DNA of 64,000 nucleotides from Capsulimonadaceae bacterium (GTDB lineage: Bacteria; Armatimonadota; Armatimonadia; Armatimonadales; Capsulimonadaceae). The notes under the pieces are model-generated. The model did no database searches. It worked only from the letters and a program-made list of their open reading frames with translations, and had not been told where the DNA came from. The translations under genes were made by a program, and so were the position numbers. Each line of letters opens with the position of its first letter. Position 1 is the first letter of the stretch. Shown piece after piece: positions 28,480 to 37,901 of this stretch. The stretch lies in contig OZ244065.1 of NCBI GenBank assembly GCA_965215505.1, forward strand, positions 5,056,001-5,120,000, written 5' to 3'.

Positions 28480-30372
28480 ATGAAGACCGAAAACCTTAGC
28501 GTCCTTGACCTCTTCCAGATGGAACGGCGGTATGTCGTGCCTCTTTTTCAGAGGCCTTACGTTTGGAGCCAGGAGTCACAATGGGCACCACTCTGGGACG
28601 ATGTCAAGGCCAAAGGCCGGGAGGTTTTCAGCCAGCGAGAAGATGACCCTCATCCCATCCGAAAGCACTTCCTCGGTGCGACCGTCATAAACCAAATGAG
28701 AACTTTTGGTCGTCACACTCCGGCAATGGAGGTCATTGATGGGCAGCAAAGGCTTACCACTCTGCAAGTTATCCTCTGCGCGCTGAAGGACTGTGCCGCC
28801 GACAATGGCTCCCGGAACTTCGTGAGGACGCTGGAGAGGCTTACCGAGAATAGTCTGAGCGTGGAGGAGGATTCAGAGCGGTACAAAGTCTGGCCGACTA
28901 ATAGCGACCGCGACACCTATGAGGCTGTTTTCGCCTCTGCGTCACCTGAAAATCTGCGCTCAAAGTTTCCTCTACAGTTCGCGCGGTACGCTCGCAAGCC
29001 TTCGCCGCGCCCACGTCTAGTCGAAGCATACCTTTACTTCCACGACATGATAGGCAAATATCTTGATGACGTGGATTTGCCTGACGAAGAGGTTGAGGAA
29101 GACCCGCAAGCCATACGGGGCCGACGTCTTGAGGCTCTTATCAATGCTGTAACCAAATATTTGGAAGTGGTTGTCATCGAGCTAGAAGAGAATGACGATC
29201 CGCAGGTAATCTTTGAGACATTGAACGCACGGGGGGAGCCGCTGTTGCCCTCCGACTTAATACGCAACTTCGTCTTCCTGGAAGCGACACGGCAGAGGGA
29301 AGATGTGGACGCCCTTTACCACAACTACTGGCGCGAATATGACGATAACGCGGGCCAAGAGGCATTCTGGAAGCAGCAACAAACACAGGGGCGGCTGAAA
29401 CGCTCACGCTTTGACCTCTTCATCTTTCACTACCTCACGGAGCAGACAGAGCGACAACTGCCCATCAAGCATCTTTATCAGGAGTTCCGCGAGTGGTGGT
29501 TGAGGCACCGGCCGCGTGTGGAACCCGGCCTGGAAGACCTGAAATCTGCCGGTGAGGCGTACCGCCTGTTCTTTCAGACAGAAGACGAGTCGCGGCTGAG
29601 TGTGTTCTGCCACCGTCTGGCCCAATTAGATACCGGGACCATTTACCCTCTCCTGCTGTTTTTGACCTCCGATCGATCCTCTAGACCTGTGATGCAGGAA
29701 CGGGATGGCATACTGACAGATTTGGAGTCGTTCTTAATCCGGCGGCTCGTCTGCGGGCTGACACCGAAAGACTACAACAACGTCTTCCTTTTCCTGTTAA
29801 AAGAAGCAAAAAAGGAGCCATCTCTGGATCGGGCCGCCTTTCGTCGCATCCTCACTGGCCTTCAAGGCGCTAGCAGGCGATGGCCGACTGACGCCGAGTT
29901 CCGCCGCGCCTGGTACGAAAACCGGGTCTATGAGACGGTAGGGGCGCGAAGATCTGGCCTGATTTTAGAGGCTCTTGACCTGCAAATGGAGACATCTAAG
30001 CAGGAAAAAGTTCATATCGAGAGTACCCTGACCATAGAACATGTGATGCCGCAGGGGTGGGATCAAGACGAATGGCCCTTTGAGGAAGTGAAGTTCACGG
30101 ATGAAGAACATCAAGAACAGGCATCTCAAAGGAACGCCATTCTACAGACATTTGGAAATCTTACGCTCTTGACTCAGCCTTTAAACTCCTCTGTTGGCAA
30201 CCACTCTTTTGCCCAGAAAAGGCCGGAGATTGCCAGACAGAGCAGGCTACGCCTGAACTCATATTTTCAGGACTTCAGCAACAACGATGCATGGAATGAA
30301 ACTACCATCGCTGAACGGGGTCGTGTTCTGTTTGAAGTGGCTCAGCAAGTCTGGCCGGCTCCTGACGCTTAG
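28480..30372 (+). CDS. GmrSD-type DUF262 + DUF1524 (HNH) nuclease, type IV restriction / SspE-like
   Basis: VPLFQRPYVW, VIDGQQRLTT, IFETLNARG (DUF262); TIEHVMPQ, FGNLTLL...N (DUF1524). Visibly more AT-rich than its neighbours. Confidence 0.9.
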   Translation: MKTENLSVLDLFQMERRYVVPLFQRPYVWSQESQWAPLWDDVKAKGREVFSQREDDPHPIRKHFLGATVINQMRTFGRHTPAMEVIDGQQRLTTLQVILCALKDCAADNGSRNFVRTLERLTENSLSVEEDSERYKVWPTNSDRDTYEAVFASASPENLRSKFPLQFARYARKPSPRPRLVEAYLYFHDMIGKYLDDVDLPDEEVEEDPQAIRGRRLEALINAVTKYLEVVVIELEENDDPQVIFETLNARGEPLLPSDLIRNFVFLEATRQREDVDALYHNYWREYDDNAGQEAFWKQQQTQGRLKRSRFDLFIFHYLTEQTERQLPIKHLYQEFREWWLRHRPRVEPGLEDLKSAGEAYRLFFQTEDESRLSVFCHRLAQLDTGTIYPLLLFLTSDRSSRPVMQERDGILTDLESFLIRRLVCGLTPKDYNNVFLFLLKEAKKEPSLDRAAFRRILTGLQGASRRWPTDAEFRRAWYENRVYETVGARRSGLILEALDLQMETSKQEKVHIESTLTIEHVMPQGWDQDEWPFEEVKFTDEEHQEQASQRNAILQTFGNLTLLTQPLNSSVGNHSFAQKRPEIARQSRLRLNSYFQDFSNNDAWNETTIAERGRVLFEVAQQVWPAPDA

Positions 30373-30467
30373 TTGCTATTCTTCTACAGGCAGGGTATAT
30401 AATACCGGGGCCGGGCGGCAGGCAGCGAAACAGGCGGCCCCACTGTTGCTGAGGAGGCACACCGACC

Positions 30468-31187
30468 ATGAAGTTTTTTATTGACACGGCGAACGTGGAC
30501 GAGATCAAGCAGGCGAAGGCGTGGGGCATCCTGGACGGGGTGACGACCAACCCCTCCCTCATCGCCAAAGAGGGAATCCCGCACAAGAAGCGGGTCATGG
30601 AGATCCTGGACATCGTCGGCGACGTCCCCGTCTCCGCCGAGTGCGTCGAGACCGACGTGGACAAGCTGATGAAGGAGGCCCAGGACATCGCGAGCTGGGC
30701 GCCCAACATCTACGTCAAGGTGCCGATGAACGCGAACTCGATGGAGGTGGTCAAGGAGCTGTCGCCCAAGGGCATCAACTTCAACGTCACGCTCATCTTC
30801 TCGCTCCCGCAGGCCCTCATCGCCTGCAAGGCAGGCGGCTCGTTCATTTCGTTCTTCGTCGGGCGCATTGACGACATGGGCAGCCTCGAAGCGCCCCTCA
30901 GCATCGTCGAGGCGGTCAACATGGTCGAGACCTATGAGTTCCCCAAGGACCCCGAGATCCTGGTGGCCTCCATCCGCAGCCCGCTCCAGGTGACCGAGAG
31001 CATCAAGGCCGGCGCGCACATCGCCACCATCCCGTTCAAGACGATGGAGATGCTGTTCAAGCACCCCCTGACCGACATCGGCATTAAACGCTTCAACGAC
31101 GACTACCTCAAGGCGACCGGCGGTAACAAGAACGGCACTGCCGCCGCCGACGCCGGGGTGTCCATGGAGGAGAAGGCGAAGGTTTAA
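30468..31187 (+). CDS. transaldolase / fructose-6-phosphate aldolase family (short type)
   Basis: MKFFIDTAN, GVTTNPSL, IYVKVP, NVTLIFS, ASIR, HPLTDIG. Confidence 0.93.
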   Translation: MKFFIDTANVDEIKQAKAWGILDGVTTNPSLIAKEGIPHKKRVMEILDIVGDVPVSAECVETDVDKLMKEAQDIASWAPNIYVKVPMNANSMEVVKELSPKGINFNVTLIFSLPQALIACKAGGSFISFFVGRIDDMGSLEAPLSIVEAVNMVETYEFPKDPEILVASIRSPLQVTESIKAGAHIATIPFKTMEMLFKHPLTDIGIKRFNDDYLKATGGNKNGTAAADAGVSMEEKAKV

Positions 31188-31223
31188 CGCTCCACGAGTC
31201 ACAAGTTCAGAGCCGGTACGACC

Positions 31224-31256
31224 GCCCGCCGTGCGATGCACGGCGGGCCATTTTTT
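31224..31256 (+). terminator. intrinsic terminator after transaldolase
   Basis: GCCCGCCGTGC-GAT-GCACGGCGGGC followed by CATTTTTT. Confidence 0.8.
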
Positions 31257-31260
31257 GCCC

Positions 31261-31288
31261 TCCAGTTTCCTCTTCCCCCTGCCGATAC
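31261..31288 (+). promoter_or_regulatory. sigma28 (FliA/SigD)-type promoter upstream of fliK
   Basis: TCCAGTTT-N12-GCCGATAC against consensus TAAAGTTT-N11/12-GCCGATAA. Confidence 0.6.
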
Positions 31289-31321
31289 TCCCGGTAATAA
31301 TCCCATAATAAGGAGGCCAGG

Positions 31322-33529
31322 ATGCCACCGGACATCAACGCGGGGCCACCGACTTTGGCCGCAGGGACGCCAGGACGCGCCGGCGGGCCGACCACCGCCG
31401 GTCCGCCGGGCGGCGACCCGCTCGCTGCCTTGTTCGCGTCCCTGCTGGCGAGCAGCGGCGGGCCGGCGCTCGCAAAGCCCCCGACGGGCGCGGCGTTCGC
31501 CCTACTGAAAGTGGCTCCCAAGCCGGGCACGGCGTCTCAGCCGACTGCACTTTTGAAGCCAAACGCAGCGCCCACAGAGGACAAGACGCAGGCCAAAGCA
31601 TCAAGCGCGGCACTGCCGACATCATCACCGATACTGCTGGCACCGATCCAGATGAGGCCGTTCCTCCCGCCGACTGCGGGCGTGACGGCAGGACCGAAGG
31701 CGACCGAACAGAAGACGACAGAAAAGACAATGGACACCAGCCCCGCGCCGGCCCTCCCTTCAAAGGACAAGGCCGACGGCACGGGCGGTGAGTTGCCTCT
31801 TCCGGGACAAGGAGTAAATACCTCCGCCGCGCCCGCCCCGTCTCCCGCTCTTCTGATTACAATGCAAGCGCCGCCCGCCGCGCCGTTCGCGGCGGACCGT
31901 GCTGTCGCAGACCGCATCGCGGCTTCATCCGACCCGCAAGGGCAGATGGCAGCCGCGCCGTCTCTGCCGGCCGTCAGTCAGCCTCCGCCGCAGGTGGTGC
32001 CTGACGTATCGCCGGGCACGCCGACGCCTGCCGTGTTCGCCTTTGACGTGGCGGCTCCAGCCGCTGCACCGGGCGTGACGCCTCAGCCCGCCGTTGCCGC
32101 GTCGCCTCGGCCCGTCCCGGCGGCTGGCGTAACGACGCAAAGCGCCCCGGTCGCCGCACCCGGCACCGTGGATGCGGCCCCGGACCTGACGAAGCAGCCG
32201 CAGGTCGTCCAAGCGGTCGCCGCCCAGGAGGCATCCACGCTGGTGGCCGTCAGGGCAGCGCCACTCGGGCTGCCTGTCGCACCTCGGTCGTCGGTGTCAC
32301 GCGGCGCGGCGGCGACAAACGGCTCAACTGTCACGGATGGACGAACCGCCAAGGACGGCAAAGTCGCTAGGGATGGCGGCATCCCCATGGAAGGCAGGGG
32401 CACCACGGAAGGCAAAGCCGCTACGGAGGGCGGGACCACCAGGGACGGTCAGGCTGCCAGGGATGGCGGGGGCACCACGGACGGCCAGAATGCTATGGAA
32501 GGCGGAGGAGCCACGGACGGCAGAATGGTCACGGATGGTCAGCCAGCCAAGGAAGGCGAGCCTGCTAAGGAAGGTGGGATATCCACGGAAAGCCCGGCAG
32601 CCACGGACGGTCAGCCTGCCAGGGACGGCGGCAGCGCCACGGACGGCAAGGTATTGATGGCAGCGGGGACGCCGAAAACCGGCCTCAAGTCGGTGGCCCC
32701 GCCTGCCGATACTATTACCAGGGTGCAGGCGGCGGGGCTTCAAGCCCCGGTGGTTGACAAGCCTTCCGGGCGGAACGCACAGAGCGCGGGCGGTGAAACG
32801 CCCGTGCCGCTCCCGATGCCACTCCCGACACAGGCCGGGGCGGCGGGCGTCGAGGCGAAGCCGCTCTCGGCGGCGGACCGGACCGAGGTGGTCAGGCAGG
32901 TGGCGGAAGCGGTCAGCGCGATGCCCCCGCCCGCCAAACCCGGCGCGTCAGAGCAGATGACCTTGCAGCTTCACCCCAAGGAGTGGGGGCAGCTCCAGGT
33001 TTCGGTCACCGTCACGCCCGGCACGACCCCCGGCGCGGCCCAGGCCGTCACCGCCCACGTCGTCACCCAGAACCCGCAGGTCAAGGCGGCACTGGAGAAC
33101 CAGTCCGGCGATCTGCGCCAGGCGCTCCGCGAGGCGGGGCTGCACCTGGATAAGATCAGCGTCACGGTGCAGCGCATGGATGCGAGCGCCCAGACGGGCA
33201 CCGCGACGAGCGGCGGACGGCACGAGGCGAGCCAGGGAGGGGCGGATCAAGGAAGAGTGGGCCAGGGAATGGGCGGCGCGTTCGGGGGAACGACGCCGGA
33301 CCAGAAGACAGGGACGTCAGACGCGGCACGGACGTCGGACGGGACAGGGATGTCGAGCGCCTCGGGCAACGGAATGTCGGGCGCGGCGTCGGGCGGATCA
33401 CCGGGCGGCCGACAGGGAGGTCAACCGCCGACCTACGCGGCGGCTTACGCCCCGGCGGAGCCGGAAGACGCCGCCCCGCTGGAAATGTCGCGAAGACCGG
33501 CGAGCGGCCAGGTGGACATGCGCGCCTGA
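31322..33529 (+). CDS. fliK: flagellar hook-length control protein
   Basis: Low-complexity Pro/Ala N-region; C-terminal MTLQLHPKEWGQLQVSV...VKAALENQSGDLRQALREAGL; ends VDMRA; directly upstream of flgD. Confidence 0.9.
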   Translation: MPPDINAGPPTLAAGTPGRAGGPTTAGPPGGDPLAALFASLLASSGGPALAKPPTGAAFALLKVAPKPGTASQPTALLKPNAAPTEDKTQAKASSAALPTSSPILLAPIQMRPFLPPTAGVTAGPKATEQKTTEKTMDTSPAPALPSKDKADGTGGELPLPGQGVNTSAAPAPSPALLITMQAPPAAPFAADRAVADRIAASSDPQGQMAAAPSLPAVSQPPPQVVPDVSPGTPTPAVFAFDVAAPAAAPGVTPQPAVAASPRPVPAAGVTTQSAPVAAPGTVDAAPDLTKQPQVVQAVAAQEASTLVAVRAAPLGLPVAPRSSVSRGAAATNGSTVTDGRTAKDGKVARDGGIPMEGRGTTEGKAATEGGTTRDGQAARDGGGTTDGQNAMEGGGATDGRMVTDGQPAKEGEPAKEGGISTESPAATDGQPARDGGSATDGKVLMAAGTPKTGLKSVAPPADTITRVQAAGLQAPVVDKPSGRNAQSAGGETPVPLPMPLPTQAGAAGVEAKPLSAADRTEVVRQVAEAVSAMPPPAKPGASEQMTLQLHPKEWGQLQVSVTVTPGTTPGAAQAVTAHVVTQNPQVKAALENQSGDLRQALREAGLHLDKISVTVQRMDASAQTGTATSGGRHEASQGGADQGRVGQGMGGAFGGTTPDQKTGTSDAARTSDGTGMSSASGNGMSGAASGGSPGGRQGGQPPTYAAAYAPAEPEDAAPLEMSRRPASGQVDMRA
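32324..32647 (+). repeat. 18 x 18-bp degenerate coding minisatellite in fliK
   Basis: Hexapeptides STVTDG RTAKDG KVARDG GIPMEG RGTTEG KAATEG GTTRDG QAARDG GGTTDG QNAMEG GGATDG RMVTDG QPAKEG EPAKEG GISTES PAATDG QPARDG GSATDG. Confidence 0.9.
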
Positions 33530-33563
33530 AAACCTATCCCAAGCACGGCCCAGGAGAACAACG

Positions 33564-33971
33564 ATGACGATCACCCCGACCAACGCCAGCGGGACGGCGA
33601 CCAATGTCGCCGCCGACGGCTCCGCCACGACCGCCGACACCAAAAACCAGTTCCTGCTGCTGCTCGTCAATGAGCTTCAGAACCAGGACCCGACCGCGCC
33701 GACCGACGAAAAAGAGACCCTGTCGCAGCTCGCGCAGTTCTCGCAGCTGGAACAGATACAAAACCTGAACCAGACGCTCACGACGAACTCCGGAGTCGCC
33801 GATGTCGCCCAGAGCGCGACGCTCATCGGCAAGACCGTCTCCACGGGGACGGATACGGATGCAGGTATCTCCGGCGTCGTCTCGTCCGTGTCGCTCACGG
33901 GCGGCAAGACCTTCCTGCAAATCGGCAGCCAGAGCGTGGACGCCTCCACGATCACGAGCATCAAACAGTAA
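33564..33971 (+). CDS. flgD: flagellar hook capping protein
   Basis: FLLLLVNELQNQDPTAP...QLAQFSQLEQ..NLN, LIGKTV; ATG after AGGAG. Confidence 0.93.
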   Translation: MTITPTNASGTATNVAADGSATTADTKNQFLLLLVNELQNQDPTAPTDEKETLSQLAQFSQLEQIQNLNQTLTTNSGVADVAQSATLIGKTVSTGTDTDAGISGVVSSVSLTGGKTFLQIGSQSVDASTITSIKQ

Positions 33972-33980
33972 GAAACCGCC

Positions 33981-34400
33981 ATGAACCCGATGGACCTGGA
34001 AAACCGAATCCGCACCGCGCCGCCCCTGACTGCCCCCAGAACGCCTGCGGCCGTCAGACCCGCCGCGCCCGGCCCGGACTTCGGCCAGGTATTGTCGGAC
34101 AGGTTGGCGGGCGGGGCGGAGCCGCTGGCCGTCTCGGCGGCCCGCGCCAACGTCAAGTTCTCCGGGCACGCCCAGACGCGGCTTGCCTCGCGCCGCATCA
34201 ACCTCTCGGGCGATGACGTCGCCCGGCTCGGCAGCGCCATCACGAAGGCGGCGGCGAAGGGGTCCAAGGACTCCCTGATGCTGATGGACAAAACGGCTTT
34301 CGTCGTTTCGGTCGCGAACCGCACCGTCATCACGGCGGTCGCCCAGGACTCACTCAAAGACAACATCTTCACGAACATAGATAGCGCGATGATTTTATAA
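33981..34400 (+). CDS. flagellar operon protein (TIGR02530 family)
   Basis: KFSGHAQTRL, KGSKDSL, AFVVSVANRTVITA, NIFTNIDSA. Confidence 0.9.
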   Translation: MNPMDLENRIRTAPPLTAPRTPAAVRPAAPGPDFGQVLSDRLAGGAEPLAVSAARANVKFSGHAQTRLASRRINLSGDDVARLGSAITKAAAKGSKDSLMLMDKTAFVVSVANRTVITAVAQDSLKDNIFTNIDSAMIL

Positions 34401-34518
34401 GCAACAACGCGATCAACCGATCAACTCATCAACCACCGTGGCGGGACCTCCTCAGAGGACGCCGCACCTCGACCCAGGCGCGACAGACTGCGCGCCTCAC
34501 CCAAGGAGCAAGACGACT

Positions 34519-35787
34519 ATGTTACAGGCAATGTACAGCGGCATCTCGGCGATCGAAGCGCACCAGGAGCGGATGGACGTCATCGGCAACAACATCGCCA
34601 ACGTCAACACTACGGCCTACAAGTCCGGCCGCGTCACCTTCCAGGACCAGCTCTCGCAGACCTTGCAGGGTGCCAGCACCCCCAACGCCAACATCGGCGG
34701 CACCAACCCGCAGCAGGTCGGCCTGGGCGTCCGCGTCGGTTCCATCGACACCCTGATGGCGCAGGGAGGCCTCCAGAGCACGACCCGGCCCACCGACATG
34801 GCGATCCAGGGGAACGGTTACTTCATGCTCGGCGACAGCACCGGCGTCTCCTACACCCGTGACGGCTCGTTCAGCCTGGACAGCAACGGCAACCTGGTGA
34901 ACGGGGCCAGCGGCTCCTATGTCCTCGGCTGGAAGGCCGACGCGAACGGCAAGATCGACACCACCAAGCAGATAGACCCCAACTCGCACGTCTCCATCCC
35001 CGTCGGTGGCCTGACCGCCGTCCAGTCCACCTCGACGGCGGCCTTCGGCGGCAACCTGAGCGCGGACGCGGCCATCGAGAACCCTGCGGTCCCCCCGGCC
35101 AACAACCCCACCACCGACCCGAACGCCTACCAGCGCTCGCTGAAGGTCTACGACAGCCTGGGCGAGCCGCAGACGATCAACTTCAGCTTCGTCCGCACCG
35201 GCACGAACTCCTGGAACTGGGGGGCGGCCGGCGACGGCGGGGCCACCGGCGGGGGCACCATCACGTTCGACACGAACGGCAAGCCCGTTCCCGGCGCGGC
35301 CGGGACGGTCACGCTGAACCCGACCGACGGCGCGGCGCAGGGCCAGACCATCACGCCGGACTTCAGCGCGATCACGCAGATCTCGGGGTCGTCGTCCGCC
35401 TCGCCGACGACGCAGAACGGCTTCGGGCCGGGGACGTTGCAGTCGTTCAACGTGGACGAGACCGGTTCGGTGACGGGCATCTTCAATAACGGCCTGACCC
35501 GGACCCTGGGCCAGGTCGCCCTGGCGGACTTCCCGAACCCGGCGGGCCTGGAGCGCAGCGGCGGCAATGACTTCCGCACCTCCATCAACTCCGGCCTGCC
35601 CTCCGTCGGCACCGCCCTGTCCTCGAGCCTGGGCAAGATCAGCACCGGCTACCTGGAGCAGTCCAACGTGGACCTGTCCAATGAGTTCACGAACATGATC
35701 GTCACCCAGCGCGGCTTCCAGGCCAACACCAAGATCGTCACGACCGTGGACCAGATGCTCAACGACGTCATCCAGATGAAGCAGTAG
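34519..35787 (+). CDS. flgE: flagellar hook protein
   Basis: MYSGISA..AHQERMDVIGNNIANVNT, YTRDGSF, LEQSNVDLSNEFTNMIVTQRGFQAN. Confidence 0.96.
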   Translation: MLQAMYSGISAIEAHQERMDVIGNNIANVNTTAYKSGRVTFQDQLSQTLQGASTPNANIGGTNPQQVGLGVRVGSIDTLMAQGGLQSTTRPTDMAIQGNGYFMLGDSTGVSYTRDGSFSLDSNGNLVNGASGSYVLGWKADANGKIDTTKQIDPNSHVSIPVGGLTAVQSTSTAAFGGNLSADAAIENPAVPPANNPTTDPNAYQRSLKVYDSLGEPQTINFSFVRTGTNSWNWGAAGDGGATGGGTITFDTNGKPVPGAAGTVTLNPTDGAAQGQTITPDFSAITQISGSSSASPTTQNGFGPGTLQSFNVDETGSVTGIFNNGLTRTLGQVALADFPNPAGLERSGGNDFRTSINSGLPSVGTALSSSLGKISTGYLEQSNVDLSNEFTNMIVTQRGFQANTKIVTTVDQMLNDVIQMKQ

Positions 35788-35796
35788 TCTCTATCG

Positions 35797-35826
35797 GAGG
35801 GGCGTGACCCATCGCGCCCCTCTTTT
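35797..35826 (+). terminator. terminator-like hairpin between flgE and flbD
   Basis: GAGGGGCGTGA-CCCA-TCGCGCCCCTC followed by TTTT. Confidence 0.5.
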
Positions 35827-35848
35827 CTGCGGCGAAAGAGACTCCACC

Positions 35849-36088
35849 ATGATCACCGTTACCCACTTCGACCAGAGCGAGTTCGTCCTCAACGCCGACC
35901 TGATCGAGTTCGTCGAGTCCAAGCCCGACACCTACATCACCCTGGTCACCGGGAAGAGGCTGCTCGTGCGCGAGACCTCCGCCCAGGTCGTCGCCCGTGT
36001 CGTCGAGTTCCGAAGGCTGGCGGGCATCTTCCCGCGCCCGCCGGTGGCCGGAGTCCGGGCCGGAGAGGAAGCCGCCCAGGACGCCTAA
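35849..36088 (+). CDS. flbD: flagellar protein FlbD/SwrD
   Basis: MITVT....EFVLNADLIEFVESKPDTYITLVTG; located between flgE and motA. Confidence 0.9.
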   Translation: MITVTHFDQSEFVLNADLIEFVESKPDTYITLVTGKRLLVRETSAQVVARVVEFRRLAGIFPRPPVAGVRAGEEAAQDA

Positions 36089-36118
36089 GCGCGTGAGGGA
36101 GGCGGAGAAACAACCTAA

Positions 36119-36901
36119 ATGGATTTAGCAACGATTATCGGCCTGGTGCTGGCCTGGGGCGCGTTCCTCGGCTCGATCATCATCGAGGGCGGCGAACTGT
36201 CGGCCCTGATCAACCCCTCCGCCGCCCTGCTGGTCTTCGGCGGGACCCTGGGGGCCTCGATGATCTGCTTCCCGCTGTCCACCGTGACCAGCCTGCCCAA
36301 CATCACCAAACAGGCTTTCATGTCCAAAAAGGAAGACTTCGGGCACATCATCAAGACCCTGGTCGGCTACGCCGAGAAGGCCCGGCGCGAGGGCCTGCTG
36401 GCCCTGGAGGAAGAGGCGCATTCGGTGGACGACCCGTTCCTGCGGAAAGGCATCCAGCTCGCCATTGATGGCACCGACCCGGAGCTTGTGCGCGAGATCC
36501 TCCAGACGGACGTCGCGTTCCTGGGTGCCCGCCACCACGAGGGGGCCAATCTGTTCGGGACGATGGGCGGCTTCGCCCCGACCCTGGGCGTCATCGGGAC
36601 CGTGTCCGGGCTGGTCCACATGCTCGCCAACCTTTCCGATCCGGGCAGCATGGGTCCGAGCATCGCGGCGGCCTTCATCGCGACTCTGTACGGCGTCTGC
36701 TCGGCGAACCTGCTGTTCCTGCCCCTGAGCAACAAGCTCAAGGCCGTCTCGCACGAGGAGGTCCTGGTGCGCGAGATCATGACCGAAGGCATCCTGGCGA
36801 TCCAGGCGGGCGACAACCCACGCATCGTCGAGGAGAAGCTGAAGGCGTTCCTGTCGCCCAAGATCCGCCGCGTCATCGAGGCCGAAGCCGCCGCAGCGTA
36901 A
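36119..36901 (+). CDS. motA: flagellar stator protein MotA
   Basis: VFGGT, ARREGLLALE, APTLGVIGTV.GL, ATLYG, IQAGDNP. Confidence 0.96.
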   Translation: MDLATIIGLVLAWGAFLGSIIIEGGELSALINPSAALLVFGGTLGASMICFPLSTVTSLPNITKQAFMSKKEDFGHIIKTLVGYAEKARREGLLALEEEAHSVDDPFLRKGIQLAIDGTDPELVREILQTDVAFLGARHHEGANLFGTMGGFAPTLGVIGTVSGLVHMLANLSDPGSMGPSIAAAFIATLYGVCSANLLFLPLSNKLKAVSHEEVLVREIMTEGILAIQAGDNPRIVEEKLKAFLSPKIRRVIEAEAAAA

Positions 36902-36969
36902 ACCAAACGTAGCCATGCGGGGAGGGCGCAGGCCCCGAGGGGGGCAGGCCCCAAGCACGCGCATTGAGA

Positions 36970-37040
36970 AGGGCGCACACGCAGGTGCGCCCCTACCAGG
37001 AACGCCCCCGCCCGTAGGGGCGCACCTGCGTGTGCGCCCT
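36970..37040. repeat. GTAG-type REP doublet, family D (copy 2)
   Basis: AGGGCGCACACGCAGGTGCGCCCCTAC...GTAGGGGCGCACCTGCGTGTGCGCCCT, perfect inverted arms; left arm identical to the 23583 copy. Confidence 0.9.
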
Positions 37041-37091
37041 CTTGAAATCCTATCGTAACGACACACGAAGAACAAGGAAGAGACACGCGCC

Positions 37092-37874
37092 ATGGCAGGC
37101 AAGAAAAAACGGGGCGGCGGCGAGGGGGAGCACGAGAACTCCGAACGCTGGCTGCTGACCTACGCCGACATGATCACCCTCCTGGTGGCCTTCTTCATCA
37201 TGCTCTACTCCATGTCCGTGATGAACCAGGCCAAGTTCCAGCAGCTCGCCATCTCGGTGCGCTCCGGCTTCGGGCAGAGCGCCATGGGCGGCGCCCCGAC
37301 CGTCTTCTCGCGCGGCGGCGGGACGAACGGGACGCCGACCATCATCAACTCCAGCAAGGCCACGCCGACGACCAACGACGACTTCGTCAAAGACGCCAAG
37401 GTCCGGCAGGACGCCGACGGGCTGGACAAGGCTTATGCCGCCGTCAAGGCTTACATCGAGAAGAACGGCCTCAAAGACGCCATGCACGTCGTCCGCAACG
37501 AGCGCGGCGTCGTCGTCACCGTCATGACCGACAAGATGCTGTTCGCGCCCGGCCAGGCCGACCTGCGTCCCGAGGAGCTGACCCTGCTGAACACCGTCGG
37601 CGACGTCATCCGCAAGGCCGTCCCGCAGAACCCCGTCCGGGTCGAGGGCCACACGGACAGCCTGCCGATCCACACCCTGCGCTTCCCCTCCAACTGGGAA
37701 TTGTCCACGACGCGGGCGACCACCGTGTTGCGCTACTTCGAGTCGCGCGGCGTCGGCCCCGACCGCCTGGAGGCCGGCGGCTATGCCGACCAGCGCCCGG
37801 TCAAGGCCAACGACACGGACCTCCACCGCGCGCAGAACCGGCGGGTGGAGATCGTGATCCTGCGGCGGTATTAA
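37092..37874 (+). CDS. motB: flagellar stator protein MotB
   Basis: WLLTYADMITLLVAFFIMLYSMS, VEGHTD, SNWELSTTRA, NRRVEI. Confidence 0.96.
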   Translation: MAGKKKRGGGEGEHENSERWLLTYADMITLLVAFFIMLYSMSVMNQAKFQQLAISVRSGFGQSAMGGAPTVFSRGGGTNGTPTIINSSKATPTTNDDFVKDAKVRQDADGLDKAYAAVKAYIEKNGLKDAMHVVRNERGVVVTVMTDKMLFAPGQADLRPEELTLLNTVGDVIRKAVPQNPVRVEGHTDSLPIHTLRFPSNWELSTTRATTVLRYFESRGVGPDRLEAGGYADQRPVKANDTDLHRAQNRRVEIVILRRY

Positions 37875-37901
37875 GCGGTAAGAGGACGAGTGACAAGAGG
37901 A

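Noticed and set aside
28375-30467. Mobile element or prophage boundary around the GmrSD gene
   Set aside because: No integrase, transposase, tRNA target or direct/terminal repeats seen.
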